Shown here: positions 25,582-38,600 of the stretch, piece by piece
Layout: each line of letters begins with the position of its first letter
How positions within the stretch are numbered: position 1 is the first letter of the stretch
Assembly (NCBI GenBank): GCA_051530055.1
Contig: CM121342.1
Span: 15,763,480 to 15,827,479 of the forward strand
Source of the DNA: Neoechinorhynchus agilis
Taxonomy: Eukaryota; Animalia; Acanthocephala
Direction of reading: 5' to 3'
Length of the DNA: 64,000 nt
The notes under the pieces: model-generated
What the model was told of the DNA's origin: nothing
Databases searched by the model: none
What the model saw: only the letters and a program-made list of their open reading frames with translations
Translations under genes and position numbers: made by a program

Positions 25582-25740
25582 ATTTTGTCTGTTTGATAAC
25601 AAGAATTGGACCCACTTAATTTTTGGTCCCTTTGTGAGATTGTTTTTGATGAAAATCGTTATTTAAGCGATAAACAATATTGGATTGAAACTAAGGAATG
25701 CGGATTTGGTCAGGTCGGGGAATGTCCGTTCGGGTGGGAA
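25582..25740 (+). repeat. Dispersed repeat, related copy at ~55725-55855
   Basis: TTTTGTCTGTTTGATAACAAG..CCCACTTAATTTT..GCGATAAACAATATTG..GAATGCGGATT is shared. Confidence 0.7.
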
Positions 25741-26109
25741 TATCCGGTCCAGGGATCTCGTCAAGCTAAAACTAAGAAAATAATTTCAAGCTTGATCGTT
25801 CCGTTCGTAGATTGAAAACTTTCGCTTAAAGGTGAATGCGAAAATGAATACAAAGCATATTACCGATAAAGCGAGTCGTGGTGGCGCTTTGAATGTAGAC
25901 TATTGGATAAATATGTTTTCTGACTTTCAAATAAAACCTTTTCACGCTGGTATAACACAGAATGCCCGATCGCAGCTTTTCGAGCTCGTTTATACATTGG
26001 TTATTGCATTTCATTTAATTCACCATATCGAAATTCTCGTGAGACTACTTAAAGCACTAAATTAGCCTTTAAGATTTGGTCTTCTCGTCCACAAAGCAAA
26101 CTCACGGTC

Positions 26110-27775
26110 ATGCTCCGTTCAAAGCATCTAACCGTCTCAAGTACGATATCGGACCTCAAACAATACGAAGAATACAGTCTCCGAGCAAAGCGAGTGGCAA
26201 TCTTACTTACTGTTCCCGTCAGACTGGAACCTCTGATGAACTACGGATTTCTCACATGTCTTTATGCCTTTTTGAAAACACTGTTACCAACAATGAGCTG
26301 CATTCTTAAACCGTCCAGCTCGGTTCGTCTCCGGGTATTAATTATGATAACCGCAGTTGCCGCACTCTTTCATCTGGATCTATCGCTTGTCTATCATTTA
26401 ATTCGAGCCCAGACCGCCCTCAAAATATATTTCTTATACAATGCCGTCGAAATGGCCGACCGAATCCTGGCACCTCTTGGTCAGGATGCACTCGAGCACT
26501 TTTGCTCTGATCCTCCTCCTTATTACAACATAAACCAACAACCATTAAGCCGTTTCCTTGAACGTCTTGAAGTGAAATTCCTGATCGCGGCAGTGATTAC
26601 AGTTGCTCAGTCATTTGTTTTCCTCCTTCAGGTTCTCACTTTGAACGTATAGATCGCTAGCACTCACAATGAGTCTCTTGTTAGTGCTCGCTTTCTCATA
26701 GCATTTAACTCCTTTAATCGAGCCTTATTTGGTCTTGTTGTCTCTAACAATTTCGTTGAGATTAAACAGGCCATTTTTAAACGATTCAATGAACAAGCAC
26801 ATCAAAGAGTGACTCTTTCCGATGCACGAGAGCGATTCCAATTCAGTCTAATTTTACTCATAATCGCAATTAGAAACTTGAGTCAATATGAATGCAAATA
26901 TCAATATCTCGAACAAATATTCCCCTATATCATTCTCATGCTTGCGACTGAGGTCTTTGTCGACTATGTCAAACATGTCTCAATGATCCGGTTCAATAAT
27001 CTAAAAACCGAGTTCTACTCAGAGCTACTAGATAAAATCAAACTCGACCTGCATTCGTCATATACAGGAAATACAAATAGGATTGAGAGCAATTGAACCA
27101 AATTTTCTCTTGCCTTCTTAGCAAGAAGTAAATTTTTAAATTTGCTTCCAATCACCTTCTATATTTCAATTAGCTTTCTACGAAAATCGCTTAATCTTCA
27201 TCATCCAAATTACTTTGTATGAAGTGAACTAAGGAAATAAAGGTTCACTTAATCTCGGAGCAGAAATCATTCACACCGCCGCTTTGGATCAATCAGCTGC
27301 CGTTATGGTGTAACGGCCTTCCCGTTTTTAAAAACTTCTATGAAGCTTTTGAAAAAAATTACTTTTTAAAGTCACAACCTTTTTGTAACTCGATAAATGG
27401 CGGATCAGGTCAACAGACTTTAAGCAACAATGCAAAATCAACAAAGTTTCGAATGGTCCACAAAATCGAAATTTGCACAAATCCAAGTCATGTGGAAGCT
27501 TGCTGTCTTTAAAAGAGCCATTACGATCAAACAATTCAAATGATTGGCGCTCTTCGGTAACTAAAGATCAGTGCGACATTATCTGTCGATATTTTGCATT
27601 TGCACCAATCCCCTGTGCAACAGTTTTCGTGGTTAATTTAAGTCAAATAGTAAGAGTTAATTCCTTTAATGGTCTCCTAAAAACCTGCCTGCTCATCGTG
27701 TCATTAGTTCTACTCAAGAATTTGATCGATAAGCTGGTGAGGATTTCGTGTGCACGGGTTCATAAGACCAAATAA
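26110..27775 (+). CDS. TAPT1: Transmembrane anterior posterior transformation protein 1 homolog
   Basis: VYHLIRAQTALKIYFLYN..DR....GQD, TLNV|AFNS..SNNFVEIKQAIFKRF, DARERFQ, EVFVDYVKH, and C-terminal FAFAPIP. Exon structure 27070-27470 is unresolved. Confidence 0.9.
26650..26700 (+). other. Non-canonical stem-loop intron in TAPT1 (51 nt)
   Basis: In-frame stops; removal restores TLNVAFNS; TA repeated at both ends; whole segment self-complementary. Confidence 0.75.
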
Positions 27776-27917
27776 ATTATTGGCACCTAGTTTTTTTGTG
27801 ATTTCCATATCGAAAAGGATAACAACGAAAAAAAGGCGAGATTTGCATTATCTCCGATTTTTTTGCATAAAAATGTGCTTAAAATCAGAAAAAAGAATGA
27901 TTCTTGAATCTCGTTTG

Positions 27918-28610
27918 TTACGACGAATTCATGCTCTTCTCTCTGGACTCGGTCCAAGCTTTGGCAATAGTTCTTTTCATCTCATCATCCCCTTCCTCGT
28001 ACATTTTCTTCATCATTTTCATGAGACCTTCCTGTGGATCCTGTTTTTCATCAACTGGATCAAATTTGGGCTTACGGCGTTCACTCGATTGTTTATCGGC
28101 CTCTGTAAGATATTCCCATTTTTTACTTTCACTCTTCGCCATACTAATCTGAACCACGTCTCCTTTGAGAACTTTAACGTTACTATCATCGCATTTAATC
28201 CTATGCAGTAGATTACGGATTTCAAGAACGTGATTGGCACCAGATAAACGTTCGATGACCAATTTGAATCCTCGCTCATTAAAATCACATTTGACCTGAT
28301 CGGTTCCCGCCAGTGAACTAACTCCTGTTATACCCGACGTTACCAGTAGTCGAATTCGATCATTCGTCTGATCCCATCCGTAGACCTTGATGATTTTATT
28401 GAAACAAGTATTGGAAGTCGATGATGAAGTTGTGGACCGTTTAGAACACGCTGATTGTGTCGATTGTTTTAAAAATCCGATTTGACTTTCTACTTGAAGA
28501 ATAAGTGATGACATCAGTTGTTTGACCGAACAGCGAGATGCCCGAGTGCTTAGAGCATTCAATTCCGCCAGATCCGCTTCAAGAGAAGAAAGCTGATCGC
28601 TCGGAGACAT
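27918..28610 (-). CDS. CACYBP: Calcyclin-binding protein / SIP, intronless
   Basis: IKVYGWDQT CS domain; SGS domain DPQEGLMKMMKKMYEEGDDEMKRTIAKAWTESR. Confidence 0.93.
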   Translation of the reverse strand: MSPSDQLSSLEADLAELNALSTRASRCSVKQLMSSLILQVESQIGFLKQSTQSACSKRSTTSSSTSNTCFNKIIKVYGWDQTNDRIRLLVTSGITGVSSLAGTDQVKCDFNERGFKLVIERLSGANHVLEIRNLLHRIKCDDSNVKVLKGDVVQISMAKSESKKWEYLTEADKQSSERRKPKFDPVDEKQDPQEGLMKMMKKMYEEGDDEMKRTIAKAWTESREKSMNSS

Positions 28611-28844
28611 TAAAGCAGCGCGAATTAACAACGCGAGAGGGATGGTCGTACGCGTACTTTATCGCTATTCTTTCGGAAATTACAATGACGCCATCCGTGA
28701 GGTGATCTATGCAACGTAATCACGTCCCATCGTTAAAAATCTATGACGAACGATTCATTGAGACCAGGATGCTAACTTCGCTAATATTTCAATTTTTTTA
28801 AATAATGGTAATTAAAACGTATTTTGTATCGATGTGTTTTGTAC

Positions 28845-28912
28845 TCCGGAAAGGCGGGACTCATCAGTGAGTTTCCTCCGCTCTTCAACGAGGTATTAAG
28901 TGTGATTTTAAC
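28845..28912 (-). repeat. Degenerate fragment of the hammerhead unit
   Basis: Minus strand GGAGGAAACTCACTGATGAGTCCCGCC; the other two strands are lost. Confidence 0.7.
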
Positions 28913-29698
28913 GCTTCCCCTCCTGACCGATGAAATGGGCAGACTTCAAAAAAATAAAACGTTATGGAATTGAGATATTTCGGACGAGGAAACCTCGTTC
29001 GGAACTTTTTTTAAGCAATTTACTACGTGAACCCCGAAAGATTTTCTATCGATATTTGTTCCTTTTGGTAGTTTTCGTCAATGCCGACGTTATCTACATT
29101 TGCCTTTCTTTGGTACTTCCCATATTTAAATTGACCGATTTCCGATATTTCGTCAATGCCGACGTTATCAACGTTTGCCTTTCTTTGGTAATTTCATCTG
29201 AAAAAATAATGAAAGGCTTTGATAATGTCGGAAGCTAAGAAAGTATCCTTTTAACCCGTCGAAGACAATAATCCAACGATTTAATGTTTCGTCGTTTTAA
29301 ACGGGGCAATGCTGCCAGCGTGATGGCGGCAGTCGAGGAAGGACAAAAGCTGGAATTCGGCGGGAGGTGGTGAGTGTGTTAATTGTCGCGAGATGAAGAT
29401 TGATTGAATACATTTTTTCGAGTTAAAAAAATTTCCTAACGTTGTTTATAAATATTTTGGAATCGTCGATTCATTTTCGAAATTCACGCAGAAATTCTGC
29501 TAGATAAACTTTGAATTGTCTTAACCTCAGAATGCTCAGATATTGGAAAAAGCGTGAAATCTACGTCGACGTTATCTAAAAGCTTTTTAGCTCCTTTTCC
29601 AACGCTCTAATGACGCCCTGAAAAGTGAAATTTATCGCTTTTCTATCTTTTTATCTCATGTGATTGGCGCTTCTTGTTTTCCTTAATCTGCAAACGTA

Positions 29699-32600
29699 CT
29701 TTCAATGTCGTCAAACACACGATTTAATGCCGTTTAACAAAATATAAAACATTTGAGATTTTTTAGGCTGTTCATTTTTTAATTAGCTCATTCACGGCAG
29801 TTTCGTTTGCATTGAATGAACAATCCATTCTCCGTTCAAAAATGCTCTAAATTCGTTTTAATGATTCAATGCCAAAAATGTAAATACCGAGTTTCTGTCT
29901 ACAAATGTACATCGTTAAATCAGTTTAGTAATAGTCTTTTTAAGTCCCACAATCTTCTTTCCTCAGTTGCACTTCATTTTTTGTACCGTTGAACAAATGT
30001 TACCAAGTCTAATGGGTTAAAGTATTGTTTATTTCTAAAATGTAACCACTAACAAAACTACCAACCAAACCCCAAAACCAAACCAACCCCTCCTTTCAAT
30101 GTCTCAAACACACATCAAGCGTTAACAAAATATAAAACATTTGAGTTTTTTAGGCTGTTCATTTTTTAATTAGCTCATTCACGCAGTTTCGTTTGCATTG
30201 AATGAACAATCCATTCTCCCTCAAAAATGCTCTAAATTCGTTTTAATGATTCAATGCCAAAAATGTAAATACCGAGTTTCTGTCTACAAATGTACATCGT
30301 TAAATCAGTTTAGTAATAGTCTTTTTAAGTCCCACAATCTTCTTTCCTCAGTTGCACTTCATTTTTTGTACCGTTGAACAAATGTTTTACCAAGTCTAAT
30401 GGGTTAAAGTATTGTTTTATTTTCTAAAATGTAACCACTAACAAAACTTGATTTTCGTTGCGTGATGGGATTCCGATTAAATTGCCCCGCTTTGTATAAT
30501 GAAATCCAGGAATCCAACCCGGCTTTCCGTCCTTTCAATGTCGTCAAACACACGATTCAATGCCGTTTAACAAAATATAAAACATTTGAGGGTTTTTTAG
30601 GCTGTTCATTTTTTAATTAGCTCATTCACGGCAGTTTCGTTTGCATTGAATGAACAATCCATTCTCCGCTCAAAAATGCTCTAAATTCGTTTTAATGATT
30701 CAATGTCAAAAATGTAAATAATGAGTTTCTGTCTAAATCAGTTTAGTAATATTCTTTTTAAGTCCCACAATCTTCTTTCCTCAGTTGCACTTCATTTTTT
30801 GTACCGTTGAACAAATGTTGGACCAAGTCTAATGGGTTAAAGTATTGTTTTATTTCTAAAATGTAACCACTAACAAAACTGGATTTTCGTTGCGTGATGG
30901 GATTCCGATTAAATTGCCCCGTTTTGTAAAATGAAATCCAGGAACCCAACCCGGCTTCCCGTCCTTTCAATGTCGTCAAACACACGATTCAATGCCGTTT
31001 AACAAAATATAAAACATTTGAGGTTTTTTTAGGCTGTTCATTTTTTAATTAGCTCATTCACGACAGTTTCGTTTTCATTTTGAACGAACAATCCATTCTC
31101 CGCTCAAAAATGCTCTAAATTCGTTTTATTGATTCAATGTCAAAAATGTAAATAGTGAGTTTCTGTCTAAATCAGTTTAGTAATATTCTTTTTAAGTCCC
31201 ACAATCTTCTTTCCTCAGTTGCACTTCATTTTTTGTACCGTTGAACTAATGTTCAACCAAGTCTAATGGGTTTAAGTATTGTTTTATTTTCTAAAATGTA
31301 ACCACTAACAAAACTGGATTTTCTTTGCGTGATGGAATTCCGATTAAATTGCCCCGTTTTGTGTAATGAAATCCAGGAACCCAACCCTGCTTCCCGTCCT
31401 TTCAATGTCGTCAAACACACGATTCAATGCCGTTTAACAAAATATAAAACATTTGAGGGTTTTTTAGGCTGTTCATTTTTTAATTAGCTCATTCACGGCA
31501 GTTTCGTTTGCATTGAATGAACAATCCATTCTCCGCTCAAAAATGCTCTAAATTCGTTTTAGATATTCAATGCCAAAAATGTATATACTGAGTTTCTGTC
31601 TAAATCAGTTTAGTAATATTCTTTTTAAGTCCCACAATCTTCTTTCCTCAGTTGCACTTCATTTTTTGTGCCTTGTACAAATGTTGGACCAAGTCTAATT
31701 GGTAAAAGTATTGTTTTATTTTCTAAAATGTAACCACTAACAAAACTGGATTTTCGTTGCGCCATAGGATTCCGATTAAATTGCCCCGTTTTGTGTAATG
31801 AAATCCAGGAATCCAACCCGGCTTCCCGTCCTTTCAATGTCGTCAAACACACGATTCAATGCCGTTTAACAAAATATAAAACATTTGAGGTTTTTTTAGG
31901 CTGTTCATTTTTTAATTAGCTCATTCACGGCAGTTTCGTTTGCATTGAATGAACAATCCATTCTCCGTTCAAAAATGCTCTAAATTCGTTTTAGTGATTC
32001 AATGTCAAAAATGTAAATACTGAGTTTCTGTCTACAAATGAACATCGTTAAATCAGTTTGGTAATATTCTTTTTAAGTCCCACAATCTTCTTCCCTCAGT
32101 TGCACTTCATTTTTTGTGCCTTGAACAAATGTTGGACCAAGTCTAATTGGTAAAAGTATTGTTTTATTTTCTAAAATGTAACCACTAACAAAACTGGATT
32201 TTCGTTGCGCCATAGGATTCCGATTAAATTGCCCCGTTTTGTGTAATGAAATCCAGGAACCCAACCCGGCTTCCCGTCCTTTCAATGTCGTCAAACACAC
32301 GATTCAATGCCGTTTAACAAAATATAAAACATTTGAGGGTTTTTTAGGCTGTTCATTTTTTAATTAGCTCATTCACGGCAGTTTCGTTTGCATTGAATGA
32401 ACAATCCATTCTCCGTTCAAAAATGCTCAAATTCGTTTTAAGATTCAATGCCAAAAATGTAAATACGAGTTTCTGTCTACAAATGACATCGTTAAATCAG
32501 TTTAGTAATATTCTTTTTAAGTCCCACAATCTTCTTTCCTCAGTTGCACTTCATTTTTTGTGCCTTGAACAAATGTTGGACCAAGTCTAATTGGTTAAAG

Positions 32601-35600
32601 TATTGTTTTATTTTCTAAAATGTAACCACTAACAAAACTGGATTTTCGTTGCGCCATAGGATTCCGATTAAATTGCCCCGTTTTGTGTAATGAAATCCAG
32701 GAACCCAACCCTGCTTCCCGTCCTTTCAATGTCGTCAAACACACATTCAATGCCGTTTAACAAAATATAAAACATTTGAGGGTTTTTTAGGCTGTTCATT
32801 TTTTAATTAGCTCATTCACGGCAGTTTCGTTTGCATTGAATGAACAATCCATTCTCCGTTCAAAAATGCTCTAAATTCGTTTTAGTGATTCAATGTCAAA
32901 AATGTAAATACTGAGTTTCTGTCTACAAATGAACATCGTTAAATCAGTTTGGTAATATTCTTTTTAAGTCCCACAATCTTCTTCCCTCAGTTGCACTTCA
33001 TTTTTTGTGCCTTGAACAAATGTTGGACCAAGTCTAATTGGTAAAAGTATTGTTTTATTTTCTAAAATGTAACCACTAACAAAACTGGATTTTCGTTGCG
33101 CCATAGGATTCCGATTAAATTGCCCCGTTTTGTGAGATGAAATCCAGGAATCCAACCCGGCTTCCCGTCCTTTCAATGTCGTCAAACACACGATTCAATG
33201 CCGTTTAACAAAATATAAAACATTTGAGATTTTTTTAGGCTGTTCATTTTTTAATTAGCTCATTCACGACAGTTTCGTTTGCATTGAATGAACAATCCAT
33301 TCTCCGCTCAAAAATGCTCTAAATTCGTTTTAGATATTCAATGCCAAAAATGTATATACTGAGTTTCTGTCTAAATCAGTTTAGTAATATTCTTTTTAAG
33401 TCCCACAATCTTCTTTCCTCAGTTGCACTTCATTTTTTGTGCCTTGTACAAATGTTGGACCAAGTCTAATTGGTAAAAGTATTGTTTTATTTTCTAAAAT
33501 GTAACCACTAACAAAACTGGATTTTCGTTGCGTGATGGGATTCCGATTAAATTGCCCCGTTTTGTATAATGAAATCCAGGAACCCAACCCTGCTTCCCGT
33601 CCTTTCAATGTCGTCAAACACACGATTCAATGCCGTTTAACAAAATATAAAACATTTGAGGGTTTTTTAGGCTGTTCATTTTTTAATTAGCTCATTCACG
33701 GCAGTTTCGTTTGCATTGAATGAACAATCCATTCTCCGTTCAAAAATGCTCTAAATTCGTTTTAGTGATTCAATGTCAAAAATGTAAATACTGAGTTTCT
33801 GTCTACAAATGAACATCGTTAAATCAGTTTGGTAATATTCTTTTTAAGTCCCACAATCTTCTTCCCTCAGTTGCACTTCATTTTTTGTGCCTTGAACAAA
33901 TGTTGGACCAAGTCTAATTGGTAAAAGTATTGTTTTATTTTCTAAAATGTAACCACTAACAAAACTGGATTTTCGTTGCGCCATAGGATTCCGATTAAAT
34001 TGCCCCGTTTTGTGAGATGAAATCCAGGAATCCAACCCGGCTTCCCGTCCTTTCAATGTCGTCAAACACACGATTCAATGCCGTTTAACAAAATATAAAA
34101 CATTTGAGGTTTTTTTAGGCTGTTCATTTTTTAATTAGCTCATTCACGGCAGTTTCGTTTGCATTGAATGAACAATCCATTCTCCGCTCAAAAATGCTCT
34201 AAATTCGTTTTAGATATTCAATGCCAAAAATGTATGTACTGAGTTTCTGTCTAAATCAGTTTAGTAATATTCTTTTTAAGTCCCACAATCTTCTTTCCTC
34301 AGTTGCACTTCATTTTTTGTGCCTTGTACAAATGTTGGACCAAGTCTAATTGGTTAAAGTATTGTTTTATTTTCAAAATGTAACCACTAACAAACTGATT
34401 TTCGTTGCGTGATGGGATTCCGATTAAATTGCCCCGTTTTGTATAATGAAATCCAGGAACCCAACCCTGCTTCCCGTCCTTTCAATGTCGTCAAACACAC
34501 GATTCAATGCCGTTTAACAAAATATAAAACATTTGAGGGTTTTTTAGGCTGTTCATTTTTTAATTAGCTCATTCACGGCAGTTTCGTTTGCATTGAATGA
34601 ACAATCCATTCTCCGTTCAAAAATGCTCTAAATTCGTTTTAGTGATTCAATGTCAAAAATGTAAATACTGAGTTTCTGTCTACAAATGAACATCGTTAAA
34701 TCAGTTTGGTAATATTCTTTTTAAGTCCCACAATCTTCTTCCCTCAGTTGCACTTCATTTTTTGTGCCTTGAACAAATGTTGGACCAAGTCTAATTGGTA
34801 AAAGTATTGTTTTATTTTCTAAAATGTAACCACTAACAAAACTGGATTTTCGTTGCGCCATAGGATTCCGATTAAATTGCCCCGTTTTGTGTAATGAAAT
34901 CCAGGAATCCAACCCGGCTTCCCGTCCTTTCAATGTCGTCAAACACACGATTCAATGCCGTTTAACAAAATATAAAACATTTGAGATTTTTTTAGGCTGT
35001 TCATTTTTTAATTAGCTCATTCACGACAGTTTCGTTTGCATTGAATGAACAATCCATTCTCCGCTCAAAAATGCTCTTAATTCGTTTTAGATATTCAATG
35101 CCAAAAATGTATGTACTGAGTTTCTGTCTAAATCAGTTTAGTAATATTCCTTTTGAGTCCCACAATCTTCTTTCCTCAGTTGCACTTCATTTTTTGTGCC
35201 TTGTACAAATGTTGGACCAAGTCTAATTGGTTAAAGTATTGTTTTATTTTCTAAAATGTAACCACTAACAAAACTGGATTTTCGTTGCGTGATGGGATTC
35301 CGATTAAATTGCCCCGTTTTGTGTAATGAAATCCAGGAACCCAACCCTGCTTCCCGTCCTTTCAATGTCGTCAAACACACGATTCAATGCCGTTTAACAA
35401 AATATAAAACATTTGAGGGTTTTTTAGGCTGTTCATTTTTTAATTAGCTCATTCACGGCAGTTTCGTTTGCATTGAATGAACAATCCATTCTCCGTTCAA
35501 AAATGCTCTAAATTCGTTTTAGTGATTCAATGTCAAAAATGTAAATACTGAGTTTCTGTCTACAAATGAACATCGTTAAATCAGTTTGGTAATATTCTTT

Positions 35601-38600
35601 TTAAGTCCCACAATCTTCTTCCCTCAGTTGCACTTCATTTTTTGTGCCTTGAACAAATGTTGGACCAAGTCTAATTGGTAAAAGTATTGTTTTATTTTCT
35701 AAAATGTAACCACTAACAAAACTGGATTTTCGTTGCGCCATAGGATTCCGATTAAATTGCCCCGTTTTGTGAGATGAAATCCAGGAATCCAACCCGGCTT
35801 CCCGTCCTTTCAATGTCGTCAAACACACGATTCAATGCCGTTTAACAAAATATAAAACATTTGAGATTTTTTTAGGCTGTTCATTTTTTAATTAGCTCAT
35901 TCACGACAGTTTCGTTTGCATTGAATGAACAATCCATTCTCCGCTCAAAAATGCTCTTAATTCGTTTTAGATATTCAATGCCAAAAATGTATGTACTGAG
36001 TTTCTGTCTAAATCAGTTTAGTAATATTCTTTTTAAGTCCCACAATCTTCTTTCCTCAGTTGCACTTCATTTTTTGTGCCTTGTACAAATGTTGGACCAA
36101 GTCTAATTGGTAAAAGTATTGTTTTATTTTCTAAAATGTAACCACTAACAAAACTGGATTTTCGTTGCGTCATGGGATTCCGATTAAATTGCCCCGTTTT
36201 GTATAATGAAATCCAGGAACCCAACCCTGCTTCCCGTCCTTTCAATGTCGTCAAACACACGATTCAATGCCGTTTAACAAAATATAAAACATTTGAGGGT
36301 TTTTTAGGCTGTTCATTTTTTAATTAGCTCATTCACGGCAGTTTCGTTTGCATTGAATGAACAATCCATTCTCCGTTCAAAAATGCTCTAAATTCGTTTT
36401 AGTGATTCAATGTCAAAAATGTAAATACTGAGTTTCTGTCTACAAATGAACATCGTTAAATCAGTTTGGTAATATTCTTTTTAAGTCCCACAATCTTCTT
36501 CCCTCAGTTGCACTTCATTTTTTGTGCCTTGAACAAATGTTGGACCAAGTCTAATTGGTAAAAGTATTGTTTTATTTTCTAAAATGTAACCACTAACAAA
36601 ACTGGATTTTCGTTGCGCCATAGGATTCCGATTAAATTGCCCCGTTTTGTGTAATGAAATCCAGGAACTCAACCCGGATTCCCGTCCTTTCAATGTCGTC
36701 AAACACACGATTCAATGCCGTTTAACAAAATATAAAACATTTGAGGGTTTTTTAGGCTGTTCATTTTTTAATTAGCTCATTCACGGCAGTTTCGTTTGCA
36801 TTGAATGAACAATCCATTCTCCGCTCAAAAATGCTCTAAATTCGTTTTAATGATTCAATGCCAAAAATGTAAATACTGAGTTTCTGTCTACAAATGACAT
36901 CGTTAAATCAGTTTAGTGATATTCCTTTTGAGTCCCACAATCTTCTTTCCTCAGTTGCACTTCATTTCTTGTGCCTTGAACAAATGTTGGACCAAGTCTA
37001 ATTGGTAAAAGTATTGTTTTATTTTCTAAAATGTAACCACTAACAAAACTGGATTTTCGTTGCGTCATGGGATTCCGATTAAATTGCCCCGTTTTGTGTA
37101 ATGAAATCCAGGAACCCAACCCTGCTTCCCGTCCTTTCAATGTCGTCAAACACACGATTCAATGCCGTTTAACAAAATATAAAACATTTGAGGGTTTTTT
37201 AGGCTGTTCATTTTTTAATTAGCTCATTCACGGCAGTTTCGTTTGCATTGAATGAACAATCCATTCTCCGTTCAAAAATGCTCTAAATTCGTTTTAGTGA
37301 TTCAATGTCAAAAATGTAAATACTGAGTTTCTGTCTACAAATGAACATCGTTAAATCAGTTTGGTAATATTCTTTTAAGTCCCACCTTCTTCCTCAGTTG
37401 CACTTCATTTTTTGTGCCTTGAACAAATGTTGGACCAAGTCTAATAGGTTAAAGTATTGTTTTATTTTCTAAATGTAACCACTAACAAAACTGGTTTTCG
37501 TTGCATGGATTCTTAAATTGCCCCGTTTTGTAATGAAATCCAGGAACTCAACCCGGATTCCCGTCCTTTCAATGTCGTCAAAAACACGATTCAATGCCGT
37601 TTAACAAAATATAAAACATTTGAGGGTTTTTTAGGCTGTTCATTTTTTAATTAGCTCATTCACGGCAGTTTCGTTTGCATTGAATGAACAATCCATTCTC
37701 CGCTCAAAAATGCTCTAAATTCGTTTTAATGATTCAATGCCAAAAATGTAAATACTGAGTTTCTGTCTACAAATGTACATCGTTAAATCAGTTTAGTGAT
37801 ATCTTTGAGTCCCACAATCTTCTTCTCAGTTGCACTTCATTTCTTGTGCCTTGTACAAATGTTGGACCAAGTCTAATTGGTAAAAGTATTGTTTTATTTT
37901 CTAAAATGTAACCACTAACAAAACTGGATTTTCGTTGCGCCATAGGATTCCGATTAAATTGCCCCGTTTTGTATAATGAAATCCAGGAACCCAACCCTGC
38001 TTCCCGTCCTTTCAATGTCGTCAAACACACGATTCAATGCCGTTTAACAAAATATAAAACATTTGAGGGTTTTTTAGGCTGTTCATTTTTTAATTAGCTC
38101 ATTCACGGCAGTTTCGTTTGCATTGAATGAACAACCATTCTCCGTTCAAAAATGCTCTAAATTCGTTTTAGTGATTCAACAAAAATGTAAATACTGAGTT
38201 TCTGTCTACAAATGAACATCGTTAAATCAGTTTGGTAATATTCTTTTTAAGTCCCACAATCTTCTTCCCTCAGTTGCACTTCATTTTTTGTGCCTTGAAC
38301 AAATGTTGGACCAAGTCTAATTGGTAAAAGTATTGTTTTATTTTCTAAAATGTAACCACTAACAAAACTGGATTTTCGTTGCGCCATAGGATTCCGATTA
38401 AATTGCCCCGTTTTGTGTAATGAAATCCAGGAATCCAACCCGGCTTCCCGTCCTTTCAATGTCGTCAAACACACGATTCAATGCCGTTTAACAAAATATA
38501 AAACATTTGAGGTTTTTTAGGCTGTTCATTTTTTAATTAGCTCATTCACGACAGTTTCGTTTGCATTGAATGAACAATCCATTCTCCGCTCAAAAATGCT

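Noticed and set aside
30055-30125. Degenerate satellite monomers here and at ~37375-37560
   Set aside because: Deletion-rich pattern typical of low-quality long-read consensus rather than biology.
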